This document shows, piece by piece, positions 23,732 to 31,767 of a stretch of DNA of 64,000 nucleotides. The notes below the pieces were generated by a model. The model saw only the letters and a list, made by a program, of their open reading frames with translations, had not been told where the DNA came from and searched no databases. The translations under genes were made by a program, and so were the position numbers. Every line of letters begins with the position of its first letter. The stretch's first letter is position 1. The stretch comes from Candidatus Aenigmatarchaeota archaeon (GTDB lineage: Archaea; Aenigmatarchaeota; Aenigmatarchaeia; PWEA01; JACQIF01), in the NCBI GenBank assembly GCA_016432325.1, contig CP066684.1:714112-778111 (forward strand), in the 5' to 3' direction.

Positions 23732-26143
23732 ATGCGTGGAACAACGATTTGGATTCTGTTCGCGGCTCTCGTCTTGCTTGCGACGGCCGTTCCTGCGTCG
23801 GCTCACAGCCCGACGACCGTTGCAATAACAGAAGACGGCTTTTCTCCTGACCACGTGACCGTCCACGTAGGCGACAGCGTCACGTGGATAACCCGCGGCG
23901 TCGCAGGCCACTGGCCCGCGTCAGACATGCACCCAACGCACACCGCGTATCCGGGCTCTTCAATAAACAAGTGCATCACCGATGAAAAGAAGGACATACT
24001 GGACTCCTGCGTCGGTCTAAAGGGCGGGGAAAGCTACACTTTTACGTTCAGCCAAGCCGGCAAATGGGGACTCCACGACCACCTGTATCCCGGAAATACG
24101 ATGACCGTAGAGGTCGTCGGTGAAGAGAAGGTAGACGTTTTCAAGAATTTGATAGACGCTGTAACGGCTTACCTGTCCAGCATCGGAAAGAGCGGCCCCA
24201 CTTCAGACGAGTTCCGCGCACTCGATTACACGGTGCAGAAATCGACGTTCAAGACGATGGCCGCCAGAGACCCGGCCGGCGCGTGGAAGTTTCTCACCGG
24301 CACTTTCATAATAGACGGGCAGGTGAAGGAGAATCCTCACGAGCTCGCGCACGTGGCAGGCAAGGCTCTCTACAAGGCCAAAGGGATAGACGGCATAGGC
24401 GTCTGCGACCCCGCGTTTGCGTTCGGCTGCTATCACGGCGTCACAGAACAGATGCTTCTTGAGCGCGGCTCCGAAGGCGTGCCGGAGATAGAGAGCACGT
24501 GCATGCGCCTCTTCCCCAACGAGGAAGCGCTCATCGCGAGCTGCATTCACGGCACGGGCCACGGCCTTCTCACGTGGGAGAGCCTTGACGTCGGCTCTGC
24601 GTTGAAGGATTGCGACGCTCTCGGCGAACGCCACAGGAGCTACTGCTATGACGGAGTCTTCATGGAGAACAGTTTCAGCGCTCCGGCACGCGACGACTGG
24701 ACGCTTTGCGAGAGCGTTGACGAGCGCTACGACGCGGAGTGCGCGAAGTATCACGTTTACGGCATGGGCGCAAGAGTCGGCTGGGACCCCTCCGCAATGG
24801 CCGCGTCCTGCGAGGAAGCGCCCCGTCAGGCGCTCAGGGACGGCTGTTTCACAGGTCTGGGCTTCTACTCGGCCAACGCGGCCCGCGGCGACTTCAACGG
24901 AATAACCAACGCGTGCGGCACGGCGCAGAGCGAGGACGGCAAGAGTACGTGCATAACGAGCGCGGCCGTCGAGGTCATATTCCAGGAGTACGCGGGCTGG
25001 CCCGCGACATCCGTGAACCTTTGCGGTTCGCTTGCGGAAGGTTTGAAGAACGAATGCTTGGCGCGCACGACTGCAATCGTGGCCGACTATAAGAGAGGCG
25101 TTACGAACACCCCTGAAATAGACAGGATAAAATCGATGACAAACCTCGAGGAACAGGGGAAGATTTACCTCCAGCTTATCGAACGCGTAGGTCCTGTTGA
25201 AGCGCAGGAGCAGCTATTCCATTCGGGCCTTCCGTTCACCGGTCAAACGCACCTGCTCAATCACGTGGTCGGTGAGTACCTCTATGAAAAGCACGGCGCC
25301 CAGGGACTGGTCTACTGCAAAGAATACTTCCTGGCATCGTGCTACCACGGTTTCGTCATCGACGCAATCGGTTTCAAAGGCATCGATGGAATGGATGAGA
25401 TAATGGCCGAGTGCAACAAGTACGGCCTGTCCGTGTCCGCACAATGTTCGCACGCGATGGGCCATGGCTTCCTAGCGTGGAACGGCTATGCGAACATTCC
25501 TGACGCGCTCAAGATGTGCAACGAGATGACCTCGCGCGTCGAGGGCTTCCCTTCGTTCAACTGCCGTGACGGAGTCTTCATGGAGAACATCTGGGGAATC
25601 CACGCCGGCGCGCCTTCCGATGAAAGGTGGGTCAAGGAAGGGGACAACTTTTACCCGTGCGACGATCCACGCCTGAGCTACGCCGATCTCGACGGCTGCT
25701 GGGCCAACCAGCCTTCGCTGATTTACCAGAGCAATGGCGGCGACATCGCTGCCGTCGGCCAGGAGTGCCTGAAGGTCGAGAACCCCGCTTACCAGAAGAT
25801 ATGCTTCAACGCGCTCGCGCGCCAGATACATCCACTGACCAAGGGTGACCCTGCCGCGGCGTTCAGCATGTGCGGCCTGTTGCCGAGCGAATGGACGGAC
25901 CACTGTTTGTCTACGATAGCTACGTCCGACTTCTCGGTCGGCGGCCGCGCGATGAGCTTCGACATCTGTTCGAACGTGAAAGACAAACCGCAGTGCTACA
26001 CAGGCTTGTTCGGAGCGATGTCCGTCTACGCGCGCACTCCTCAGGAGTACGAGTCGTTCTGCGCTTACGTGACCGAGGACTCGTGGAAACAGGCGTGCCT
26101 GAACCGCACGGCAACAGTCACCACGGTGGCGCTGGCGAAATGA
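23732..26143 (+). CDS. secreted protein: N-terminal cupredoxin-like domain plus two copies of a Cys/His-rich module
   Basis: Signal peptide MRGTTIWILFAALVLLATAVPASA. VTVHVGDSVTWITRGVAGHWPASDMHPTHTAYPG is cupredoxin-like. The motif set CYHG...C-x-H-x-x-GHG-x-L-x-W...C-x-DGVFMEN occurs twice. Confidence 0.75.
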   Translation: MRGTTIWILFAALVLLATAVPASAHSPTTVAITEDGFSPDHVTVHVGDSVTWITRGVAGHWPASDMHPTHTAYPGSSINKCITDEKKDILDSCVGLKGGESYTFTFSQAGKWGLHDHLYPGNTMTVEVVGEEKVDVFKNLIDAVTAYLSSIGKSGPTSDEFRALDYTVQKSTFKTMAARDPAGAWKFLTGTFIIDGQVKENPHELAHVAGKALYKAKGIDGIGVCDPAFAFGCYHGVTEQMLLERGSEGVPEIESTCMRLFPNEEALIASCIHGTGHGLLTWESLDVGSALKDCDALGERHRSYCYDGVFMENSFSAPARDDWTLCESVDERYDAECAKYHVYGMGARVGWDPSAMAASCEEAPRQALRDGCFTGLGFYSANAARGDFNGITNACGTAQSEDGKSTCITSAAVEVIFQEYAGWPATSVNLCGSLAEGLKNECLARTTAIVADYKRGVTNTPEIDRIKSMTNLEEQGKIYLQLIERVGPVEAQEQLFHSGLPFTGQTHLLNHVVGEYLYEKHGAQGLVYCKEYFLASCYHGFVIDAIGFKGIDGMDEIMAECNKYGLSVSAQCSHAMGHGFLAWNGYANIPDALKMCNEMTSRVEGFPSFNCRDGVFMENIWGIHAGAPSDERWVKEGDNFYPCDDPRLSYADLDGCWANQPSLIYQSNGGDIAAVGQECLKVENPAYQKICFNALARQIHPLTKGDPAAAFSMCGLLPSEWTDHCLSTIATSDFSVGGRAMSFDICSNVKDKPQCYTGLFGAMSVYARTPQEYESFCAYVTEDSWKQACLNRTATVTTVALAK

Positions 26144-26152
26144 ATAATCTGG

Positions 26153-26833
26153 TTATATCCTGTCGGCCTCCTTGAGCTTTGTTCTCGTGGGATCTAGATC
26201 CAAAGTTCTGCCATATAGGTTGAAGTACCAGCCATAATGATGGCTCATTCCACCGACGGCCACGACCCTCCCATCGGCATTTCTAATCAGAGCTTCCGTT
26301 AAGTGGTCCGACCCTACAACGACATCTGCCATGGGATAAAACCCAAGCGCGTCATCCACACCCATTATCACATCATCGTACCTAGCATCAACTAACCCTT
26401 GCCGCTCATCCGGCCCCATGTTTTTGAATTTCGCGTACAGCCCCTCGTTCTGAGTCAACGCGCCACGCTCCAGACGCTCCTCCAGTTCCCTTTCACCCAT
26501 CCCGTAGAATATTGCCACCGTGGACACATCTTCCTCGCTGAAGAGCGCGTCGTCGTCAAGAGACTCTCCTTGAATCGGATACGATTTGTCTGCAACATAA
26601 AGCGGAATGCCGTGCCGCCGCGCATACATCCGAGAGACCGCGGCTTCAAACCATTCTTCCCCGTCATCCTCACGATTCTCGTTTTCGTCTGCCTTCGAAA
26701 ACGAATCCACTAGTGCCGCATTGGACTCGACAACTATCGCGTCAGGCTTCATGTAATCAAGAAGCTTGGCCAGCCTTTCTGTTCCTCTGGGATCTCTGTG
26801 GATAGTACCTATAAAGTGGAGTTCGGATGGCAT
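26153..26833 (-). CDS. TraB/GumN-like family protein
   Basis: The N-terminus LHFIGTIHRDPRGTERLAKLLDYMKPDAIVVES resembles the TraB/PrgY signature (IGTxH...PDxVxVE). Confidence 0.45.
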   Translation of the reverse strand: MPSELHFIGTIHRDPRGTERLAKLLDYMKPDAIVVESNAALVDSFSKADENENREDDGEEWFEAAVSRMYARRHGIPLYVADKSYPIQGESLDDDALFSEEDVSTVAIFYGMGERELEERLERGALTQNEGLYAKFKNMGPDERQGLVDARYDDVIMGVDDALGFYPMADVVVGSDHLTEALIRNADGRVVAVGGMSHHYGWYFNLYGRTLDLDPTRTKLKEADRI

Positions 26834-26865
26834 GAATCTTCATCCGACTGAAGCTTTAAATAGGA

Positions 26866-27085
26866 TGGTGCTCCTGTCGGGATTTTCATGGTGCCGGAAG
26901 GCGTAGTTTCTTTGCACCCGTGCTTTCTTTTTAAAGAAAGCCCGGTTTGAACCCGAGTCACAGCCTTTCTCTGCGTCGTTTTCTGCTGAAGCTCTTTCTT
27001 AAAGAGCTTCCTTGAGAGGGCCGGATCCTTACGATTTCTTCCTGCCCGCAGGACGGGAAGTTTGACCGGTCTAGACTACAGGAGC
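26866..27085 (-). tRNA. tRNA-Glu(CTC), three introns (D-loop, 37/38, T-loop 59/60), CCA encoded
   Basis: Approximate exons: 27085..27062, 27029..27013, 26966..26946, 26882..26869. Acceptor GCTCCTG/CAGGAGC plus A plus CCA. D stem GTCT/GGAT. Anticodon arm CGGCC-CTCTCAA-GGCTG. T arm TCGGG-TTCAAAT-CCCGA. Mature length is 76 nt. Introns are about 32, 46 and 63 nt. Confidence 0.8.
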
Positions 27086-27109
27086 CCGCGAACGAGTTCC
27101 ACAGAAGAT

Positions 27110-27117
27110 TATTTAAA
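27110..27117 (-). promoter_or_regulatory. TATA box (TTTAAATA) for tRNA-Glu
   Basis: Centred 28.5 nt upstream of tRNA position 1. Confidence 0.55.
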
Positions 27118-27161
27118 GCGCGTTTCCCAACTCTTTCCATGGCAATCAAACCCGAAACCGC

Positions 27162-27710
27162 CTATTCCAAAAGCTTTTGAATGTTTCCCTTTATTTTTTG
27201 ATATAGTTCTAAAAATGCCTCATTCTCGTTTTTAACGTAACTCTCTATCTGCCCAAACTCTTTGTTATCATACCATTGTCTTATCGAGGCGCCTGTATGA
27301 ACCTTTCTACTAAACCTTTGCAGCGTGGCACCCTTGAAATTGCCATCGTTAAGCAAGATAGCAATGTCTCTTAAATCTATTTTAGGTGTGCCCCAGTGAA
27401 AGTCCTTGCTTGTAAATTTGCGTCTTGTGTATTTTCCGAATTTGGCAATAAGAAACTCCCATTCAAAGTTAAGGTTGAATCCAACGGGTATGAAGTCCCA
27501 AACATCTAGGTTGGCAAAGAACTGTTTGTAAAAACGCATCACTATGTCCCTTTCTGAAGATTCCCATTCCTTTAAGACCACTAGATCGCCAATAGGCCTA
27601 CCGGTCCTTGTATCCATCTTCTGAAACTGGATAGTTATTATTCTGTCTATGTCGGGGTTTGGAAGCTTCCCCACTGTATATGTTTCTATGTCAAAATAAT
27701 ATGCTGGCAT
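27162..27710 (-). CDS. DnaQ/RNase H-like 3'-5' exonuclease domain protein (AT-rich gene)
   Basis: MPAYYFDIETY is an Exo I DxE motif at the N-terminus. The gene is visibly AT-rich compared with its neighbours. The longer track ORF (start 27773) would overlap msrA. Confidence 0.55.
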   Translation of the reverse strand: MPAYYFDIETYTVGKLPNPDIDRIITIQFQKMDTRTGRPIGDLVVLKEWESSERDIVMRFYKQFFANLDVWDFIPVGFNLNFEWEFLIAKFGKYTRRKFTSKDFHWGTPKIDLRDIAILLNDGNFKGATLQRFSRKVHTGASIRQWYDNKEFGQIESYVKNENEAFLELYQKIKGNIQKLLE

Positions 27711-27750
27711 GGCTATATTATCATCAGGGGTAATAAATGCTTGTGAAATT

Positions 27751-28233
27751 ATGGGAAGTCGTGTTATCTCCAAACCCGAAACCGCCTTCTTCGGCGCGGG
27801 ATGCTTCTGGCACGTTCAGGCCGATTTTGACATGCTGGAAGGCGTCGTTGAGACCACGGTGGGCTACATGGGCGGCTCGAGCAAGAATCCCACCTATGAT
27901 GATTATGCGCACGCCGGGCACATAGAAGTATGCAAGGTCGTTTTTAATCCGAAACTCGTTGCCTACAAACGTCTTCTGCAAGCCTTCTGGAATATGCACG
28001 ACCCGACGCAGGGCAACCGGCAGGGGCTCGACCTCGGAGCGCAGTACAGATCCGTGATATTTTACGCGACGGCCGAGCAGAAGAAGCAGGCCGAGGCATC
28101 GCTGACCGAAGAGCAGGCGAAGCTAAAGAGAAAGATAACGACCGCGATAGAGCGCGCGGTCGCGTTCTGGCCCGCGGAAGATTACCACCAGAAGTACAAC
28201 GCGAAGCACGGGATTAGGGGGAAGGTTTGCTAG
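27751..28233 (+). CDS. msrA: peptide methionine (S)-sulfoxide reductase
   Basis: ETAFFGAGCFWHVQADF (the GCFW active site), YMGGSSKNPTYDDY, HIEVCKVVFNP, and DYHQKY at the C-terminus. The start is trimmed to MGSRV. Confidence 0.9.
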   Translation: MGSRVISKPETAFFGAGCFWHVQADFDMLEGVVETTVGYMGGSSKNPTYDDYAHAGHIEVCKVVFNPKLVAYKRLLQAFWNMHDPTQGNRQGLDLGAQYRSVIFYATAEQKKQAEASLTEEQAKLKRKITTAIERAVAFWPAEDYHQKYNAKHGIRGKVC

Positions 28234-28236
28234 GGT

Positions 28237-28914
28237 TTAACGGTATTTCGCATTGGATAATCCTATAGAAGTATTTCCGTCGGTGCAGTATATTTGAGGC
28301 ATCGTTTCCATAAATCCAAGGAAGCCGAGCAGCGTAGCCCTGTAGAGTTCCAATCCGCCCGTTCCGGCAACGTCGAACTTCTTGGTTCCGAGGGCCGAAA
28401 AGCTTTCGAAGTCTCCCTGGAACGCGGATTCATTGAAAGGGTTCACCGCATGGCCGTCTCGTTTCACGGTAAGAGGAAGCGCCGTGGCTGCTGTCCGCAC
28501 AAACGGCGCTGCCAGATGGAGATAGTGAGCTCTCCTTTCTCGCTGGCCGTCGAGATATGAATGGAACTCGTCCTTCGGCAATCTAAGATCACAAGAGGCC
28601 GAGATTCCTATTTCAGCAGTCTGGGAAGGCTTGGTCCTGTCGGCAGGAAGAACGCGTGACGTGAAGAGATCTACGAAGTCCGTGCGCTCATCTTCCCAAT
28701 CATTATCCGTATCCAGCAATTTGCAGTTCACAACTGGCCGTCTGATTAACAAGTCGTTGAACAAGAGAATTCTGCGAGGAGATGCCGTCGTTTGAGCGGC
28801 AGTAGCCGTGGTATTAAGCGTCACATCCTCATCCAAGGGGACCGTCAGAAGTTTCACGAGGTCCAGCTTCGAAATTTGCCCGCTCAATGCCGCAATTTCA
28901 TACTGCATAGACAT
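28237..28914 (-). CDS. hypothetical protein (225 aa)
   Basis: Track ORF with no recognisable motif. Confidence 0.5.
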   Translation of the reverse strand: MSMQYEIAALSGQISKLDLVKLLTVPLDEDVTLNTTATAAQTTASPRRILLFNDLLIRRPVVNCKLLDTDNDWEDERTDFVDLFTSRVLPADRTKPSQTAEIGISASCDLRLPKDEFHSYLDGQRERRAHYLHLAAPFVRTAATALPLTVKRDGHAVNPFNESAFQGDFESFSALGTKKFDVAGTGGLELYRATLLGFLGFMETMPQIYCTDGNTSIGLSNAKYR

Positions 28915-28958
28915 TGTTTGCGACCGAAGCTATTTATTCTAGAAAATGGCGGCCGGAG

Positions 28959-29237
28959 TCAGGAATCTCCTTCTATCTCTTCTCCGACTATGAACGTGCA
29001 TCCAGCCGGACCAACCTCGGCCGTGTGCGTGACGCCCATCGGGACTTTCATATGATCGCCCTTCTTCAGATTTGCTGCGCGGCCGTCTTCAAAGTTCATC
29101 GTTATACTTCCTTTCAGAATGTAGAAACTTACCTTGCCTCTGTGTTTGTGCGCGGGATATTTCGTGTGCGGTTTGTCTGTCCATTCGTAGACGTGAACGA
29201 AACCTTCGTCCTTCAGTTCTTTCTCGAAACCCTTCAT
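28959..29237 (-). CDS. cupin domain protein
   Basis: MKGFEKELKDEGFVHVYEWTDKPHTKYPAHKHRGKVSFYILKGSITMNF...VPMGVTHTAEVG is a cupin barrel with His ligands. The start is trimmed because the upstream part of the track ORF (to 29345) is the 3' part of tRNA-Arg. Confidence 0.75.
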   Translation of the reverse strand: MKGFEKELKDEGFVHVYEWTDKPHTKYPAHKHRGKVSFYILKGSITMNFEDGRAANLKKGDHMKVPMGVTHTAEVGPAGCTFIVGEEIEGDS

Positions 29238-29258
29238 CGTATCACACGAATGTGTAAA

Positions 29259-29522
29259 TGGCGGGCCCGGAGGGACGTTCATGAAACGCCCGGCGTTTCT
29301 AACTTTCAGCTCCTTCGGAGCCAAAAGCTTTCGAACCCTCGACATCTTGGTGTCTTTTGCCGAGCGTAGGCATTCGAAGCCAAGCGCTCTATTTACCCCG
29401 CCTTGCGGGAGCGGATTTCATTCGGGAGTGCTCTCCCAATGTGCCGGAACTTTGTTCCGTGCATTCCCGCGGGTTTTTGCACGGACGTGTGCAAAAAGGC
29501 GCCCAAGCTGAGCCACGGACCC
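29259..29522 (-). tRNA. tRNA-Arg(TCG), three introns (D-loop ~111 nt, anticodon loop ~22 nt, T-loop ~54 nt), CCA encoded
   Basis: Approximate exons: 29522..29502, 29390..29373, 29350..29330, 29275..29262. Acceptor GGGTCCG/CGGGCCC (one G-U pair) plus G plus CCA. D arm GCTC-AGCTTGGGA-GAGC. Anticodon arm CTTGG-CTTCGAA-CCAAG. Variable loop ATGTC. T arm GAGGG-TTCGAAT-CCCTC. Mature length is 74 nt. Confidence 0.8.
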
Positions 29523-29547
29523 TTGCGATAGAGGCGTGAGAACAAGG

Positions 29548-29555
29548 ACTTAAAG
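29548..29555. promoter_or_regulatory. TATA-like box (CTTTAAGT/ACTTAAAG) shared by divergent tRNA-Arg and the 29576 gene
   Basis: Centred 29.5 nt from tRNA-Arg position 1 and 24.5 nt from the ATG at 29576. Confidence 0.45.
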
Positions 29556-29575
29556 GTTGTCTGTCAACTGCACTC

Positions 29576-30184
29576 ATGGAAGAACGGGTTAAGCGGGCTA
29601 ATCTGGACGTTCCTTTCGTGAAGCAGAGCCGGGATGCCACGTGCGTCTATGCGTCAACGGCGATGGTCCTGCAGTACTATGGCCTCGATGTCAGCGAGGC
29701 GGCGTTGCTGGACATAGCGCCTGTGGATTTCGATAGAGGCGGAATGACCACGGGAGATTTTCTAAGAATGTTCAACAGGTTCGAGGGCAAAGAGAAGGCA
29801 GGACTGCGGGCCACAGTCTATTCGCGAATGACGCCGGCGGACGCCAAGAGAATGCAGGGCGATTTTCACACCGCGGTCCCAATGCTCCCAAACGTGATGG
29901 AAACCAACGGCCGCGTGGGCCTGTCGCTTGAACGGTTCATAGACTCCGGCATTCCGCCTCTCGTCACAGTCGAGAACCCCGAGTACAGGGGGAGGCACAC
30001 GGCCGTGCTGACAGGATATCTGAGGCACGAGTCGGCATTCGTGCCTGTGGTCAATGACCCCGGAAAACGCAGACCGCACATGGCAGATTCCACGCTTCTT
30101 CACAACCTCGGCTGGCAGAACATGAAACGCGTCATCGTCATAGAGAAAACCAAAAGCAATATAAGAGGGCGCGGAACGCAATAG
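29576..30184 (+). CDS. C39-like (papain-fold) cysteine peptidase domain protein
   Basis: DVPFVKQSRDATCVYASTAMVLQYYG carries the catalytic Cys context of peptidase_C39-like families. GRHTAVLTGY...VVNDPG supplies His and Asn/Asp. Confidence 0.6.
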   Translation: MEERVKRANLDVPFVKQSRDATCVYASTAMVLQYYGLDVSEAALLDIAPVDFDRGGMTTGDFLRMFNRFEGKEKAGLRATVYSRMTPADAKRMQGDFHTAVPMLPNVMETNGRVGLSLERFIDSGIPPLVTVENPEYRGRHTAVLTGYLRHESAFVPVVNDPGKRRPHMADSTLLHNLGWQNMKRVIVIEKTKSNIRGRGTQ

Positions 30185-30188
30185 CGGC

Positions 30189-30680
30189 ATGCGCGCATAC
30201 AAAGGCCCTCCTTCGCGTCTTGAGCATCTTGTGGACAAAACGATTCCTTTTGCATTGGTTATCCTTCTCGTCCTTCTCGTTTTCGAATTCTTCTTCGTGG
30301 AAGAAGCGCACGCGTACGAGGCTTGGGTGAACGTCGTGGACCTTGGTGTCATCGCGATATTCGCAACAGACCTGTGGTTCAAGTACAAGCGCCTGCCCGA
30401 CGGCCGCGCGTTCGTGCGCACGTATTGGCTCGAAATAGTGGCGACCATACCGTTCTTCCTTGCATTCAGGCTGTTCGAGCTTTTGACGGTCTCGCGTGCT
30501 GTCGAAACCGGACAGGAAGCCGTGCACGCCGCCGTGGCGGCGGAAGAGGAAGCCGCGTCTATCCTGCGAACGTCTCGTACGAGCCGCTATGCGCGGTTCA
30601 CGAAGTTCCTGCGAGTCGCGCTGCGCGCTCCGAGGTTCGCCAAGGCGGCCGCCTACTTCAAGGCTCCGCACGAGAAATAA
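30189..30680 (+). CDS. stand-alone voltage-sensor-like domain (Ion_trans S1-S4 only, no pore module)
   Basis: 163 aa. S1 is IPFALVILLVLLVFEFFF. S2 is VDLGVIAIFATDLWFKY. S3 is YWLEIVATIPFFLAF. The S4-like segment LRTSRTSRYARFTKFLRVALRAPRFAK has R/K at every third position. The ORF then stops. Confidence 0.55.
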   Translation: MRAYKGPPSRLEHLVDKTIPFALVILLVLLVFEFFFVEEAHAYEAWVNVVDLGVIAIFATDLWFKYKRLPDGRAFVRTYWLEIVATIPFFLAFRLFELLTVSRAVETGQEAVHAAVAAEEEAASILRTSRTSRYARFTKFLRVALRAPRFAKAAAYFKAPHEK

Positions 30681-30682
30681 GG

Positions 30683-30690
30683 TTTATATA
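30683..30690 (+). promoter_or_regulatory. TATA box (TTTATATA) for the leaderless 30712 micro-gene
   Basis: Centred 25.5 nt upstream of the ATG at 30712. Confidence 0.55.
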
Positions 30691-30711
30691 TCGGCCCTCC
30701 AAAGCACGGTT

Positions 30712-30885
30712 ATGGGACAGGACAACAAAGGAATTATCTCATACTTGTGGCTCGAGATGAAAGGAGCCATAGCCGGCGCCATTCTCGGCGTCGTCGTGAT
30801 GCTGATACTGTACTATCTGTCGTCGACGGGCACGCTGCCGTTCACGATGCCGTTCGGAGCGGCTCCTGCGCCTGCGGGACGCTGA
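30712..30885 (+). CDS. small membrane protein (57 aa)
   Basis: MGQDNKGIISYLWLEMKGAIAGAILGVVVMLILYYLSSTG... has one TM helix. This is the tail of track ORF 30496..30885. The TATA-to-ATG spacing fits a leaderless mRNA. Confidence 0.5.
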   Translation: MGQDNKGIISYLWLEMKGAIAGAILGVVVMLILYYLSSTGTLPFTMPFGAAPAPAGR

Positions 30886-30893
30886 AGGAACGG

Positions 30894-30901
30894 TTTAAAT
30901 A
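30894..30901 (+). promoter_or_regulatory. TATA box (cggTTTAAATAg) for the leaderless 30923 gene
   Basis: Centred 25.5 nt upstream of the ATG at 30923. Confidence 0.6.
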
Positions 30902-30922
30902 GATTGGATTTCTAAACGGTTT

Positions 30923-31705
30923 ATGGGACTCAATCCGTTCACCCCCAGCGCCGAAGACCAAGAGGCGACGCTTCTCTACATTCTGGACCAAGCCATACAG
31001 ACCACGGCAAAGACGAAGATGGACACGGCGACCAAACAGAAGATTAACTCTTATTTCATTGCAACAAAGAAACTCTCTCGCGACATCGCGCGCCTGAAGA
31101 TACCGAAGGGCGAAGGCACAGAAGGCCTTGTCCTGATGGCGCCCCAGTTCGAGCAGATAATAACGGCCTTCGACGCGATTCCGGGCAGGAACGAACTCGG
31201 CGAGTTGAAGACGTACATCGACAACTTCCTCCTCTCCATCAACGCGCTGGGCAAGTATGGAAAGGACGTGCCGCCTTCTGCCGTCGCCAGAGTCAAGGAG
31301 ACGTACGTGGACTTCCTGGAGGCCGTGGGCGTCTCCGTCGTTGGCGGTCAGGGAGTCGATATGGACGCGATTCTTCCGAATATCAAGCCCGCGGAGAGGA
31401 AGGCTCTTGAGCGTGCCCTCACCGAGCTGAAGAAGGCTGTGGACGATTCGGTAGCGGCCGCGAAGAAGATGGGGATGCCGACCGCAAGAGCCGCACATTT
31501 GATGATTCTCACCGTGGTGGTGCTGGCTCCCCTAATAGTTTTGTTCTGGGCCGATCTGAAGGTAATCGGAGGAGAGGGCACCACAATGGAAAAAACGATC
31601 GCGGGCTCTATATTGATGCTCGGGTTTATCGCTTCAAGCGTTGCGGCTGCAGACACACTTTGGGAACTACAAATTCAACAGAATAGGCGACCGTATCAAA
31701 AATAA
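30923..31705 (+). CDS. hypothetical protein with two C-terminal TM helices (260 aa)
   Basis: Track ORF with a helical N-domain. The TM helices are AAHLMILTVVVLAPLIVLFWA and IAGSILMLGFIASSVAAA. Confidence 0.6.
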   Translation: MGLNPFTPSAEDQEATLLYILDQAIQTTAKTKMDTATKQKINSYFIATKKLSRDIARLKIPKGEGTEGLVLMAPQFEQIITAFDAIPGRNELGELKTYIDNFLLSINALGKYGKDVPPSAVARVKETYVDFLEAVGVSVVGGQGVDMDAILPNIKPAERKALERALTELKKAVDDSVAAAKKMGMPTARAAHLMILTVVVLAPLIVLFWADLKVIGGEGTTMEKTIAGSILMLGFIASSVAAADTLWELQIQQNRRPYQK

Positions 31706-31767
31706 TTCTTGACGGTAATCTTTGATTCCCCGTCATCTTTATACGCCGCCTTCTGCGAGAATGAAAC

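Noticed and set aside
29238-29345. N-terminal extension of the cupin ORF (track ORF 28959..29345).
   Set aside because: It overlaps exon 4 and the T-loop intron of tRNA-Arg. The cupin domain is complete from MKGFEK (29237).
29405-29470. 66-nt cloverleaf-like element (GCGGGAG...TTCCCGC with three short hairpins) that at first looked like a tRNA.
   Set aside because: The loops are only 3-4 nt and there is no T-loop or 7-nt anticodon loop. It lies entirely inside the D-loop intron of tRNA-Arg on the opposite reading direction.
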